Positions 25,177 through 34,344 of a DNA stretch of 60,733 nt are shown in pieces. How positions within the stretch are numbered: the first letter of the stretch is position 1; every line of letters starts with the position of its first letter. Where the stretch lies: positions 1 to 60,733 of the forward strand of contig MFTO01000005.1 in NCBI GenBank assembly GCA_001786835.1, in the 5' to 3' direction. The translations under genes were made by a program, and so were the position numbers. Below the pieces are notes generated by a model that made no database searches, had not been told where the DNA came from, and saw nothing but the letters and a program-made list of their open reading frames with translations. Source of the stretch: Candidatus Nomurabacteria bacterium RIFCSPHIGHO2_01_FULL_40_20. Lineage in GTDB: Bacteria; Patescibacteriota; Minisyncoccia; Phycocordibacterales; UBA9973.

Positions 25177-25698
25177 ATGCCAATAGTTAAATGTAATTTA
25201 TGCTCAAAGAGTTTTTTTGGGAAACTTTCTGCTATTAAGAAAGGATGGGCAAAATATTGTTCCTCCTTCTGTCAGTACGAAGCAAGAAAAAAAGGTAAAA
25301 CTTTACCTTGTCATATTTGTGGTAAAAAAACTTACAAACAAGTAAAACAACTGACAAAGTCAAAAAGTGGCAAATTTTTTTGTGGTAAATCTTGTCAGAC
25401 AGTTTGGAGGAATCAATATTTTGTTGGAATTAAACATCATAATTGGAAAACTGGGTTATTTGTTTACAGGAGTCTATTAACAAGGCATAAAACTCCTAAA
25501 ATTTGTATCTTATGTAAAAGTCGAGACCGTAGAGTTCTAGCTGTTCATCATATTGATAAAAATAGAAAAAATAATAAAGTATCAAACTTAGCATGGCTTT
25601 GCAATAATTGCCATTTTTTAGTTCATCACTATAAAGACGAGTCCTTGAAATTTAAAAAAAATCTGTCATTATATAGGACACGGAGCAAATCTTCGTAA
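25177..25698 (+). CDS. HNH endonuclease with N-terminal Cys-rich (zinc-ribbon-like) repeats
   Basis: CNLC...CSSFC, CHIC...CGKSC, then HNH core VLAVHHIDKNRKNNKVSNLAWLCNNCHFLVHH. The longer ORF start at 25099 overlaps the tRNA-like fragment and is rejected. Confidence 0.8.
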   Translation: MPIVKCNLCSKSFFGKLSAIKKGWAKYCSSFCQYEARKKGKTLPCHICGKKTYKQVKQLTKSKSGKFFCGKSCQTVWRNQYFVGIKHHNWKTGLFVYRSLLTRHKTPKICILCKSRDRRVLAVHHIDKNRKNNKVSNLAWLCNNCHFLVHHYKDESLKFKKNLSLYRTRSKSS

Positions 25699-25701
25699 TA
25701 T

Positions 25702-25773
25702 GGTGCCCGTAGTTTAGTGGTAAAACTTCGGCTTGTGGAGCCGATATCGAGAGTTCAATTCTCTCCGGGCACC
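25702..25773 (+). tRNA. tRNA-His (anticodon GTG) with encoded G(-1)
   Basis: G-GTGCCCG...TCGGC-TTGTGGA-GCCGA...GAGAG-TTCAATT-CTCTC-CGGGCAC-C. Confidence 0.9.
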
Positions 25774-25795
25774 CAAAAATTATTTTTTTCTTTAT

Positions 25796-26380
25796 ATGCA
25801 ATTCCCTCAAACAATTTGGCAAGATGACAAATTAATTCAAACTCTAACGAATGGCGGAGTGGCCGTTATGCCGACGGATACGATTTATGGAATAGTCGGC
25901 TGTGCGCTCCGGCAGGAGACGGTGGAGCGAATTTATAAAATAAAAAATAGAAATGAAGATAGCCCTTTTATTATCTTGGTAGGCAGTATGGAGGAGCTTG
26001 AAAAACTAGCTCTAGAGTTAGCTCTAGAGTTAACTAACGACGAGAAAAATGTAATTTCAAAATTTGAGAAACCGACAAGTTTTATTTTACCTGTCAGAGA
26101 AAAAAAAGAAAAATATAAATACTTATACCAAGGTCAAGATAGTTTAACTTTTAGAATCCCAATAGAAAATGGCCTTTGTGAATTACTAAGACAGGCCGGT
26201 CCCTTAGTAGCGCCTTCAGCGAACCCAAAAGGGTTGACTCCGGCGAAAAATATTAAAGAAGCCCAAAAATATTTTGGCGACGAAGTTGATTTATATATAG
26301 ATGACGGAGAAATGGTAAGTGAACCATCTCGCATAGTTCGTTTGTATCCTGACGGCAAAGTCTCTATAATTAGGGAATGA
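25796..26380 (+). CDS. tsaC: L-threonylcarbamoyladenylate synthase (TsaC/YrdC family)
   Basis: GGVAVMPTDTIYGIVGCA, SANPKGLTPA. The start was moved to 25796 because the longer ORF overlaps tRNA-His. Confidence 0.85.
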   Translation: MQFPQTIWQDDKLIQTLTNGGVAVMPTDTIYGIVGCALRQETVERIYKIKNRNEDSPFIILVGSMEELEKLALELALELTNDEKNVISKFEKPTSFILPVREKKEKYKYLYQGQDSLTFRIPIENGLCELLRQAGPLVAPSANPKGLTPAKNIKEAQKYFGDEVDLYIDDGEMVSEPSRIVRLYPDGKVSIIRE

Positions 26381-27390
26381 AAATTCTACGAGATTTTGAC
26401 TTAAAACCCTTAAATACCTTTGGTATTTCTGCCAAAGCGAGGTTTTTTGTCGAGATTAGGGCGGAGGCAGAGTTCAAAGAACTCTCTTCACTACCAGAAT
26501 TCAAGGAGAATGAAAAACTTTTTCTAGGTAGTGGAAGCAATGTTTTGTTCACTAAAGATTTTAGTGGTATTGTAGTTTTAAATAAGTTGACGGGGGTAGA
26601 GGTTCTCCATGAAGACAATGAAAATACTTTAGTTAGGGCAATGAGCGGGGAAGTATGGCACGATTTGGTTTGTTTTGCGGTAGAGCGGGGACTTTGGGGA
26701 ATTGAAAATTTGTCGCTTATTCCCGGCACGGTGGGCGCGGCGCCGATGCAAAACATCGGAGCGTATGGAGCGGAACTCAAAAATACACTTGAGAGTGTAG
26801 AAGCATATAATGTAAAAACCGGCGAGAAAAGAATTTTCGCGCGAGACGAATGTGGTTTGGGTTACCGGGATAGCATTTTTAAAAATGAATTAAAGGATAA
26901 ATATTTTATAACGGCGATAACTTTAAGGCTTAGCAAAATTCCCAAAAAGAATTTGGAGTATAAGATTTTAAAAAATTATTTAACAGAGAAAAACATAATA
27001 AATCCGAACTTAAAAGAAATTAGTGAAGCGGTTTGCAGTATTCGCAGGAGTAAACTTCCGGACCCGAAAGTTATCGGCAACGCCGGCAGTTTTTTTAAAA
27101 ATGTTTTTGTGAATGAAGAGAAACAACAAGAGCTCCTAAAGCAGTATCCCGATATGCCTTTCTTTAAAGAGGGAGGAGTGGTTAAAATTCCCGCCGGTTG
27201 GTTGATTGAAAAGTGTGGATGGAAAGGTAAACGAGTTGGCAACACTGGCGTGCATGAGCGTCAGGCCTTAGTTGTAGTGAACCACGGTGGCGCGACCGGA
27301 GCGGAAATAAAGTCTCTAGCAGAGCGAATAATCGCTTCCGTTCATACAAAATTTGACCTCATCTTGACTCCCGAAGTCAATTTGATATAG
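26377..27390 (+). CDS. murB: UDP-N-acetylenolpyruvoylglucosamine reductase
   Basis: NTFGISAKA..., FAD-binding LGSGSNVLF, GNAGSFFKN, GWLIEKCGWKGKRVG. Confidence 0.92.
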   Translation: MKILRDFDLKPLNTFGISAKARFFVEIRAEAEFKELSSLPEFKENEKLFLGSGSNVLFTKDFSGIVVLNKLTGVEVLHEDNENTLVRAMSGEVWHDLVCFAVERGLWGIENLSLIPGTVGAAPMQNIGAYGAELKNTLESVEAYNVKTGEKRIFARDECGLGYRDSIFKNELKDKYFITAITLRLSKIPKKNLEYKILKNYLTEKNIINPNLKEISEAVCSIRRSKLPDPKVIGNAGSFFKNVFVNEEKQQELLKQYPDMPFFKEGGVVKIPAGWLIEKCGWKGKRVGNTGVHERQALVVVNHGGATGAEIKSLAERIIASVHTKFDLILTPEVNLI

Positions 27391-27404
27391 CTCTGATTTT
27401 GGTA

Positions 27405-27410
27405 TATAAT
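27405..27410 (+). promoter_or_regulatory. -10 box TATAAT, 6 nt upstream of the ATG at 27417
   Basis: TATAAT-ATGCTC-ATG read directly. Confidence 0.5.
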
Positions 27411-27416
27411 ATGCTC

Positions 27417-27923
27417 ATGCAAAATAAAAATCATGTGGTTATTTGGTTTTTGGTGGTATTGGCTGTAGTGGGGATTTTAATATTTATTAGTAAAGATAGC
27501 AGAGAAGATTCTCTCGAAAATGAGTCAAATTCTATGGAAAATGAAAATAAAGAAGAAAGTACTCAAAATGCGGTTAGCCCAATAGAGGGCGTGAAAGTAA
27601 CGGTTTTACAAGCGGGCTCGGGCGAAGAAGCAAAAGCGGGTGATATGGTATCTGTAAATTACACAGGTAAATTTGTTGACGGCACTCCGTTTGATTCGAA
27701 CATTTTACCCGAATTTCGCCACGTACTTCCTTTTGAGTTCTCGCTTGGCGCAGGGGCAGTTATTCGAGGCTGGGATATTGGAGTCGCTGGAATGAAAATT
27801 GGAGAGAAAAGAATTTTAGAAATCGCGCCGGAATATGCTTATGGAGCGAATGGATATCCTCCAGTAATACCTCCGAATGCGACATTAATTTTTGAAGTCG
27901 AACTTGTTAATATTAATAAATAA
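27417..27923 (+). CDS. Membrane-anchored FKBP-type peptidyl-prolyl cis-trans isomerase (the ORF could start as early as 27399)
   Basis: TM helix, then GDMVSVNYTGKFVDGTPFDSN...GAVIRGWDIGVAGMKIGEKR...LIFEVELV. Confidence 0.88.
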   Translation: MQNKNHVVIWFLVVLAVVGILIFISKDSREDSLENESNSMENENKEESTQNAVSPIEGVKVTVLQAGSGEEAKAGDMVSVNYTGKFVDGTPFDSNILPEFRHVLPFEFSLGAGAVIRGWDIGVAGMKIGEKRILEIAPEYAYGANGYPPVIPPNATLIFEVELVNINK

Positions 27924-27928
27924 TTTTT

Positions 27929-28750
27929 ATGAATCATATGATGGAAGTTAAAAACGAGGATAGAAAAAATTTATACGGAGCGATTACGCTCTTGGTCTTG
28001 ATATTATCTGTTTTCTTTATTATAAAGATTGTTCTTCAATTCACAGACAAGGGAAGTTTAGGAATGGGTGAAATTCGCACCATTACTCTTTCAGGTCACG
28101 GCGAAGTGCAGGCAGTGCCGGATATTGCAAATATTTATTTCTCAATTACCAAAGAAGCAAAAACCGCCAAAGAAGCGCAGGATGCCGTGGCGAAAATTGA
28201 GAATGACGCAATTTTGTCCTTAACAGAAAATAAAGTTGAAAGCAAAGATATAAAAACAGAGAATGCTTCCTTCAATCCTAAATACGAATGGCAATCAGAA
28301 GTTGGAATGCGACTCCCTTGCAACGAGTGGGGTTGTCCGCCCTCTTATGGCAAGAGCGTGATAGTAGGTTATGAGGCAAGTGAGAGTATAACAGTAAAGG
28401 TAAGAAATATAGATGATGTCGGAGTTATCATGCAAGATTTGGGAACAGTCGAGGTGACGAATTTAAGCGGTCCGGATTTCTCAATCGATGATGAAGACGC
28501 GCTAAAGACGGAAGCTCGCAGACTTGCTATTATGGAAGCGAAAGAAAAAGCCGGAGTGTTGGCGGATGACTTGGGAGTCCGCTTGGGTAAAATCACAAGC
28601 TTCAGTGAAGGAGCAGGCGGTTTCTATCCTGTGTTTGGGAAAGAAATGCTTATGAGCGCCGACGGAGCGAGTTCTACTCCTAGGGCGCAACTACCAACCG
28701 GTGAGCAAACTATCAACTCGGACGTGACTATTACTTACGAGATAAAATAA
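27929..28750 (+). CDS. SIMPL/DUF541-family secreted protein
   Basis: TM anchor; I recognise the overall pattern (ITLSGHGEVQAVPDIA...SGPDFSIDD...EARRLAIMEAKEKA) as the SIMPL family. Confidence 0.65.
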   Translation: MNHMMEVKNEDRKNLYGAITLLVLILSVFFIIKIVLQFTDKGSLGMGEIRTITLSGHGEVQAVPDIANIYFSITKEAKTAKEAQDAVAKIENDAILSLTENKVESKDIKTENASFNPKYEWQSEVGMRLPCNEWGCPPSYGKSVIVGYEASESITVKVRNIDDVGVIMQDLGTVEVTNLSGPDFSIDDEDALKTEARRLAIMEAKEKAGVLADDLGVRLGKITSFSEGAGGFYPVFGKEMLMSADGASSTPRAQLPTGEQTINSDVTITYEIK

Positions 28751-28763
28751 ATATCTCCGAAAA

Positions 28764-28772
28764 TGTTATAAT
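28764..28772 (+). promoter_or_regulatory. Extended -10 box TGTTATAAT, 6 nt upstream of the ATG at 28779
   Basis: TGTTATAAT-GAGGTA-ATG read directly. Confidence 0.55.
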
Positions 28773-28778
28773 GAGGTA

Positions 28779-30488
28779 ATGAATTTTCAGGCGCGGAACA
28801 CTATTTTTCTTGTTTTCTTGTTTTTTTCTGTCTTTAGTTTTACTTTGGCGAATATCGGAACCATAGATACGTCCGCCACAAACCAAGCGAAAGTGTGTCA
28901 CAATGTCGCTTGTGATGATTTTGGCATAATTAATTTTGAGTTATCGAGTGAGCCCTATATCGTAATTGAAAATAACAATGGTATTAGCGGGAAAGTTTGG
29001 GGTGATGAACTCGGTTGGATTTTCATGAATCCAACCGGGCAGGGTGTCACTTTTATGAACGAAGAGACGGGGCTCCTGACTGGCTATGCCTGGAGTCAAG
29101 TTTCAGGTTGGATAGATTTTTCTCCAACCGGACAATCTGTAACTATAGACCCAGTAAGTGGAGAATTTAGCGGTTATGCTTGGACAGGTGGCGCTTACGG
29201 CGGATGGATAAAATTTGATTGCACTGACGCTTCTACTTGCGTACGCACGACTTGGCGGAAGAATGATGGAGGTGGTTCTAGTGGTAGTGGAGGCGATGGG
29301 GGTGGAGTTACAGTTATTGATGACGGGGGTGGGGTGGTGACTCCTCCACCTGATATACCGACAAATGTAAATCCACCCTCTCCACCTCCTCCTCCAGGTG
29401 AACCAATTTTGCCCGACTTACCGCCTTCTCTTCCTCCTCCGGATGGCCCCGGCGGGCCGGGAGATGGTGGAGGAGGAGGTTTTGTGTCTGATGTTATAAC
29501 CGCGGTGCAAGTTGGTTTTTTGAATTTAATTGATAAACTTTTTTATTTAATAAAAAGTCCGGTTGGTAATTTGATAAGTAGAATTGTCACAATTCTAGGT
29601 TTACTTTCCGGAGTTTTTGCTCTCTTTGGTTTAGGAGATATTGGTTTAAATCTGCTTAGACTTTGGTCTTTCTTTTTATATGGGATGGGTTTCAAAAAAC
29701 GCAATCGTCCTTGGGGGGTGGTATATGACAGTATTACCAAACAACCACTGGACCCCGCTTATGTTGTTTTAAATGACATGGAGGGTCGTGAAATAGGAAG
29801 TTCTATTACAGATTTGGATGGCAGATATGGATTTTTGGTTTCGCCGGGAACTTATCGAATTGTGGCAAGTAAGACTAACTACACCTATCCTTCGCTAAAA
29901 CTTACAGGTCGGACCAGCGATGAACTCTACAATGATTTGTATTTTGGAGAACAGATTGAAATAAAAGAAGAAGGAGAAATCATTGCTAAAAATATTCCGC
30001 TTGACCAGATTGGCTTTGATTGGAATGAGTTTGCCAAGAAAGAGCAAAGAAGAATGAAATTTTATCATACAAGAGATGTTCTACTCGCCAGGTTTTCCGA
30101 TTTTATGTTTTTTCTAGGTTTTGTTGTGTCTATTATTGTTCTTTTTGTGGTGCCGAAGCCTTATAATATCATTATCTTTTGTTTATATATTGTGCTCTTG
30201 TTTCTTAGACGCACTACAATCAGAAGAAATAAAAAAGGACGGGTAGTTTATAAAGTCGACAACACTCCGCTCTCTTATGGAGTCTTACGTGTTCGTTTGG
30301 CTACAACCGGACAAGAAGTTGCTCGTCGAGTGCTAGACGAAACAGGGAACTATTACTGTCTTGTACCGAATGGTGTTTATAATGTAAGTATAGAAAAGAA
30401 AAATGATGATTCCTCTTATACAAATATTTTCACGTCTCCTGCTCTGGAAGTGAAAGAAGGTATCTTGAAAAAAGATTTTAAAATTTGA
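28779..30488 (+). CDS. Large membrane protein: signal peptide, GW-repeat region, Gly/Pro-rich linker, TM segments and two carboxypeptidase-regulatory-like beta-sandwich motifs
   Basis: GYAWSQVSGWIDF-type repeats, GGGSSGSGGDGGG...PPSPPPPPGEP linker, DLDGRYGFLVSPGTYRI and DETGNYYCLVPNGVYNV. Confidence 0.6.
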   Translation: MNFQARNTIFLVFLFFSVFSFTLANIGTIDTSATNQAKVCHNVACDDFGIINFELSSEPYIVIENNNGISGKVWGDELGWIFMNPTGQGVTFMNEETGLLTGYAWSQVSGWIDFSPTGQSVTIDPVSGEFSGYAWTGGAYGGWIKFDCTDASTCVRTTWRKNDGGGSSGSGGDGGGVTVIDDGGGVVTPPPDIPTNVNPPSPPPPPGEPILPDLPPSLPPPDGPGGPGDGGGGGFVSDVITAVQVGFLNLIDKLFYLIKSPVGNLISRIVTILGLLSGVFALFGLGDIGLNLLRLWSFFLYGMGFKKRNRPWGVVYDSITKQPLDPAYVVLNDMEGREIGSSITDLDGRYGFLVSPGTYRIVASKTNYTYPSLKLTGRTSDELYNDLYFGEQIEIKEEGEIIAKNIPLDQIGFDWNEFAKKEQRRMKFYHTRDVLLARFSDFMFFLGFVVSIIVLFVVPKPYNIIIFCLYIVLLFLRRTTIRRNKKGRVVYKVDNTPLSYGVLRVRLATTGQEVARRVLDETGNYYCLVPNGVYNVSIEKKNDDSSYTNIFTSPALEVKEGILKKDFKI

Positions 30489-30514
30489 CTTTTTTAGTAA
30501 AAAGAGTATTCTCT

Positions 30515-30539
30515 AAAAGCCCCCTTTGGGGCTTTTTTA
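30515..30539 (+). terminator. Rho-independent terminator
   Basis: AAAAGCCCC-ttt-GGGGCTTTTTT. Confidence 0.8.
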
Positions 30540-30558
30540 TAAACAATATTTTTCAATT

Positions 30559-30744
30559 ATGTCAAAAGTAACCGAATATTTAAAAGAAACAAAGACAGAG
30601 TTAAAACACGTGATTTGGCCCTCCAGAAAGCAAACTGTGTATTTTACACTTATAGTTATCGCACTTTCTATCCTAGTCGCTTATTTTCTAGGAGTTTTTG
30701 ACTTTCTTTTCAGTAGAGGCTTGGAGAAAATAATTTCCCTTTAA
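30559..30744 (+). CDS. secE: Preprotein translocase subunit SecE
   Basis: MSKVTEYLKETKTELKHVIWPSRKQT followed by a single TM helix; precedes nusG. The longer ORF start at 30526 lies inside the terminator. Confidence 0.88.
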   Translation: MSKVTEYLKETKTELKHVIWPSRKQTVYFTLIVIALSILVAYFLGVFDFLFSRGLEKIISL

Positions 30745-30751
30745 TTTTTTT

Positions 30752-31297
30752 ATGTCTAAACAAGAAACACAAGGAGCAAGAAATTGGTATGCGATTCATA
30801 CCTATGCGGGATATGAGAATGTCGTGCTTCGCAATTTAAAACAGCGCATTGATAGTTTGGGTATGCATGAAAAGATTTTTAACGTGATTGTGCCGGTGGA
30901 AAAGAAAATAAAAATAAAAGCTGGCAAACGAGTGGAAGTGGAAGAAAAAATTTATCCGGGCTATGTGCTGGTGGACATGATTGTGACGGATGATTCTTGG
31001 TATGTAGTGCGCAATACTCCGAGAGTGACGGGGTTCGTCGGAGCCGGAGTAAACCCAGTGCCCTTAAAAAAAGAAGAAGTAGATTATTTGTTTAAGAAGA
31101 TGGACGCCACGACCGCGAAACACAACATTGACCTTGCGATAGGCGAGGGGGTGATGATTGTGGATGGACCATTTAAAGATTTGGAAGGCAAGGTAAACTC
31201 TGTGGACCAAGAGCGAGGCAAGATAAAAGTCTTGGTTTCAATGTTTGGTCGTGAGACACCCGTGGAATTAGATTTTCTTCAGGTGAAGAAAATCTAA
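30752..31297 (+). CDS. nusG: Transcription termination/antitermination protein NusG
   Basis: WYAIHTYAGYENVV (NGN domain), KOW motif GEGVMIVDGPFKDLEGKV. Confidence 0.95.
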   Translation: MSKQETQGARNWYAIHTYAGYENVVLRNLKQRIDSLGMHEKIFNVIVPVEKKIKIKAGKRVEVEEKIYPGYVLVDMIVTDDSWYVVRNTPRVTGFVGAGVNPVPLKKEEVDYLFKKMDATTAKHNIDLAIGEGVMIVDGPFKDLEGKVNSVDQERGKIKVLVSMFGRETPVELDFLQVKKI

Positions 31298-31307
31298 GAC
31301 TTGCAAA

Positions 31308-31346
31308 GCCGACGTTTTAGTCGGCTCCCCGACAGTACGTCGGGGG
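31308..31346. repeat. Tandem double hairpin of the CCGAC/GTCGG family
   Basis: GCCGAC-gtttta-GTCGGC then CCCCGAC-agtac-GTCGGGG. Confidence 0.85.
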
Positions 31347-31397
31347 TCATAAGCAAATTGCAATTATAAAAAGAGTATAGTAAGGTAACAATATTGT

Positions 31398-31823
31398 ATG
31401 GCAAAAAACATAATCAAAAAAGTAAAATTACGTGCGCCAGCAGGGCGAGCAACCCCAGCTCCACCGCTTGGACCTGCGCTCGGACAAGCGGGGATAAACA
31501 TTGGCGACTTTGTCACCAAATTCAATGCGGCCACAAAAGATATGGCGGGAGATGTTGTAGGAGTTTCTATTGTCGTGTATGAAGACCGCAGTTATGATTT
31601 TACCGTGAAGACTCCACCGGCCTCCGGTTTAATTCTAAAAGTAGCCGGCATAGAGAAAGGTTCCGGTAAAAATGCCTCAACCAAGGTTGGGAAAATAACC
31701 CGCGCCCAAGCTCTTGAAATCGCTAAAAAGAAGATGAAAGACTTGAATTCCAAAGACGATGAAGGGGCGATTGCTATCATCGCCGGCTCTGCCCGCTCTA
31801 TGGGGATAGAAGTCGTCAAATAG
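31398..31823 (+). CDS. rplK: 50S ribosomal protein L11
   Basis: KLRAPAGRATPAPPLGPALGQAGINIGDFVTKFN. Confidence 0.97.
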   Translation: MAKNIIKKVKLRAPAGRATPAPPLGPALGQAGINIGDFVTKFNAATKDMAGDVVGVSIVVYEDRSYDFTVKTPPASGLILKVAGIEKGSGKNASTKVGKITRAQALEIAKKKMKDLNSKDDEGAIAIIAGSARSMGIEVVK

Positions 31824-31896
31824 TAGAAAGTTCATAAAGTAATCAAGTTCATCAAGTAGAATTCTTTATAACTTTATAACTTTTAACTAATTCATT

Positions 31897-32559
31897 ATGC
31901 AAACACTAACTGAAAAGGATTATAAGAAAATTCTGATTTGTTTAACCCTTTATCTTACCTCGATTTTTGCAGCCAATACACTAGGCATAAAGTTAATGCC
32001 CTTTTTATTTGGCACTCATCTTTCGGTAGCAGTTTTTTGTTTTCCGGTTGTTTTTATAATGACTGATGTAATTGGGGAGGTTTATGGTAAGAAAATGGCA
32101 AAGAATTTTGTTCTGGCAGGAGTAATCTCTATAATTCTTTTTCTTCTTTATTCTTTTATCTCTACGATTACTCCGTGGGCAGAGAGCAGTCTTTGGGTAA
32201 AGGGAAGCTACAACCAAATATTTGGTCTCTCTGCTCGTTTTGCTATAGCCTCACTCGTCGCTTTCTTTATTGCAGAGTATCAAGATGTTATTTCTTTTTT
32301 CTTTTTTAAAAAACGTACTGGAAAAAAAATGTTTTGGCTTCGGTCCAATCTCTCCAATATTTGGTCTCAATTTTTAGATACAGTTATCTTTATGTTTATC
32401 GCTTTTCTGGGAGTGTATCCGGTAGCTACAATTATAGCTATCATAATTCCGTGGTGGATTTTTAAAGTTCTTATGGGTTTTGCCTATACTCCGCTTTCTT
32501 ACTTTGGAATTTATCTTTTAAGGGGAAAAAATAATGCCAACAATGTTCCCGCGAACTAA
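31897..32559 (+). CDS. Queuosine precursor transporter (YhhQ/DUF165 family)
   Basis: Multi-TM protein; FPVVFIMTDVIGEVYGKK and SQFLDTVIF motifs. Confidence 0.75.
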   Translation: MQTLTEKDYKKILICLTLYLTSIFAANTLGIKLMPFLFGTHLSVAVFCFPVVFIMTDVIGEVYGKKMAKNFVLAGVISIILFLLYSFISTITPWAESSLWVKGSYNQIFGLSARFAIASLVAFFIAEYQDVISFFFFKKRTGKKMFWLRSNLSNIWSQFLDTVIFMFIAFLGVYPVATIIAIIIPWWIFKVLMGFAYTPLSYFGIYLLRGKNNANNVPAN

Positions 32560-33070
32560 ATTTACGGCTTTTGTCGCAACGAGTATCGACGGTCGCATAG
32601 CTAAAAACCCCAAAGAACTTTCGAGTACTTGGACCAGCAAAGAAGATTGGGTTTTCTTTCAAAAATCGCTTCCCGGGTTTGATGCGGTGGTTGTGGGATT
32701 CAATACTTATAAAGTTTCCGAAAACAGGTTGAAAAAAAGAAATACAATAGTTTTTACTTCCAAAGTTAAAAAGCCAAAGAAAGTCGGCAGTGTCACATTT
32801 CTAAATGTGAATAATTCGGATGTTTTTGATTTTATAAAAAAAATGAACTATAAAAAAGTGGCTATTTTAGGAGGTCCCAGAGTTTATGATTTTTTTCTGA
32901 AGAATAAAATGCTTCATGAGTTATCTGTTACCATTGAGCCTTTAGTTTTTGGGGCGGGAGTTCCGATGTTTACTGGAGAAAAATTTACAAAATACAATTT
33001 TGAACTCCAATCTGCAAAAAGGCTCAACAAAAAAGGGACAATCCTGTTAAAATATAAATATGCAAGTTAG
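32534..33070 (+). CDS. RibD C-terminal domain / dihydrofolate reductase-like reductase
   Basis: FVATSIDGRIA N-terminal motif, GGPRVYDFFL; overlaps both neighbouring genes. Confidence 0.65.
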   Translation: MPTMFPRTKFTAFVATSIDGRIAKNPKELSSTWTSKEDWVFFQKSLPGFDAVVVGFNTYKVSENRLKKRNTIVFTSKVKKPKKVGSVTFLNVNNSDVFDFIKKMNYKKVAILGGPRVYDFFLKNKMLHELSVTIEPLVFGAGVPMFTGEKFTKYNFELQSAKRLNKKGTILLKYKYAS

Positions 33071-33797
33071 GACCATTAAAACCAGAGTATTTAAAGAGAG
33101 AGAAGGTTTACTGTCTTTTGTTCTTAAGTATGTCAAAAAATTGCCCGAGAAATCTATTTTAGTTGTTACCTCAAAAATAGTTTCCCTTTCAGAGGGGAGG
33201 GTTGTCGTGTTTAAAAATAAGAATGAAAAAATTAAAATAATAAAGCGTGAAAGCGATGTAGCTTTAAAAACCAAATTAGTTTGGCTTACCATAAAAGATG
33301 GTATGGTTATGGCATCTGCTGGAGTAGATGAATCAAATGCAAAGGGTAAATTGATACTTTTACCCAAAAATAGTTTCAGGTCTGCGTATATTTTAAGAAA
33401 AAAACTTCAAAAAATATTAAAATTAAAAAAATTAGGAGTAATCATTACCGATAGCAGAACTTTTCCACTGCGCGCAGGTATTGTCGGCGTTGCGCTTGGA
33501 TATGCCGGGTTTAAAGGAGTAAGGGATTATCGCGGGAAAGGAGATATTTTTGGAAGGATTTTAAAATTTTCCAGGACAGATGTAGCCGATAGTTTGGCGA
33601 CGTCTGCAGTATTGTGTATGGGAGAAGGCAAAGAACAGCAACCGCTTGCGCTCATTACCGATGCGATAGTTGAATTTACCGAAAAAGTTAATAAAAAAGA
33701 GTTGTTGATTGACCCAAAGGAAGACCTGTATCTGCCTCTTTTTGAGAAGATAAAGAAGATAAAAGGATTAAATTTAAAAAATTATCATAAATTTTAA
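33060..33797 (+). CDS. CofE-like (F420-0:gamma-glutamyl ligase family) protein
   Basis: VVTSKIVSLSEGR, ASAGVDESN, ITDSRTFPLRAGIVGVALGYAG, ADSLATSAVLCMGEG. Confidence 0.7.
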   Translation: MQVRTIKTRVFKEREGLLSFVLKYVKKLPEKSILVVTSKIVSLSEGRVVVFKNKNEKIKIIKRESDVALKTKLVWLTIKDGMVMASAGVDESNAKGKLILLPKNSFRSAYILRKKLQKILKLKKLGVIITDSRTFPLRAGIVGVALGYAGFKGVRDYRGKGDIFGRILKFSRTDVADSLATSAVLCMGEGKEQQPLALITDAIVEFTEKVNKKELLIDPKEDLYLPLFEKIKKIKGLNLKNYHKF

Positions 33798-33836
33798 ACG
33801 TTGGCTTTTTGATCTTTGAGGAGGTATATTATAAGT

Positions 33837-34343
33837 ATGGCGAAAATCTCTAAAAATACCAAAGACTACCCCAGACCTTCTTGGGACGAGTATTTCCTTG
33901 AGGTAATGTACACTATAGGCAAGCGCTCCTCTTGCGACAGGGGGAGGAGCGGTTGTGTTATTACCAAAGACAATAGAATCTTGGCGACTGGTTATGCTGG
34001 GTCTCCTATAGGCACCAAGCACTGCGACGATGTTGGCCATGAACTGCAAGGGACTTTATATCAAGACGGCACCAAGTCTATGCACTGCATACGCACTGCT
34101 CATGCAGAACAAAATGCTATTGTGCATGCGGCGCGCGTAGGTACCTCTCTTTTGGATAGTACGATATATTGCAATATGATACCCTGCTATGCTTGCGCCA
34201 AAATGATAATTAACGCTGGTGTAGTAAAATTAGTATCTAAAAAGGATTACCATGCCAGCAAGCGAACCAAAGAAATTTTTAGAGAAGCAGGAATAAAATT
34301 TAAGATTATCAACAAGGAAGTTACTAAATATAAAGATCAGTAA
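33837..34343 (+). CDS. dCMP deaminase (ComEB family)
   Basis: Zinc motifs HAEQNAI and PCYACAKMI. TATATT-N6-ATG supports the start at 33837 rather than the TTG at 33816. Confidence 0.85.
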   Translation: MAKISKNTKDYPRPSWDEYFLEVMYTIGKRSSCDRGRSGCVITKDNRILATGYAGSPIGTKHCDDVGHELQGTLYQDGTKSMHCIRTAHAEQNAIVHAARVGTSLLDSTIYCNMIPCYACAKMIINAGVVKLVSKKDYHASKRTKEIFREAGIKFKIINKEVTKYKDQ

Positions 34344-34344
34344 A

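Noticed and set aside
25084-25773. The idea that the tRNA-His 5' half plus HNH ORF is an intron-containing (group I) or cis-split tRNA gene.
   Set aside because: No complementary 3' anticodon-stem strand (GCTCG) or acceptor 3' strand (TAGCCTC) was seen between 25121 and 25800, and the downstream tRNA-His is self-contained. A trans-split partner elsewhere cannot be excluded but is unsupported.
26008-26031. Tandem 12-nt duplication AGCTCTAGAGTT x2 inside tsaC.
   Set aside because: It is a simple in-frame 4-aa duplication (LALELALEL) in a loop region. It is real but looks like slippage, not a regulatory or mobile feature.
29270-29480. GC-rich, repetitive-looking stretch that might be a tandem repeat or CRISPR-like.
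   Set aside because: It is in frame within the 28779-30488 CDS and encodes a Gly/Ser/Pro low-complexity linker. There are no regularly spaced direct repeats. No CRISPR array was seen anywhere in the window.
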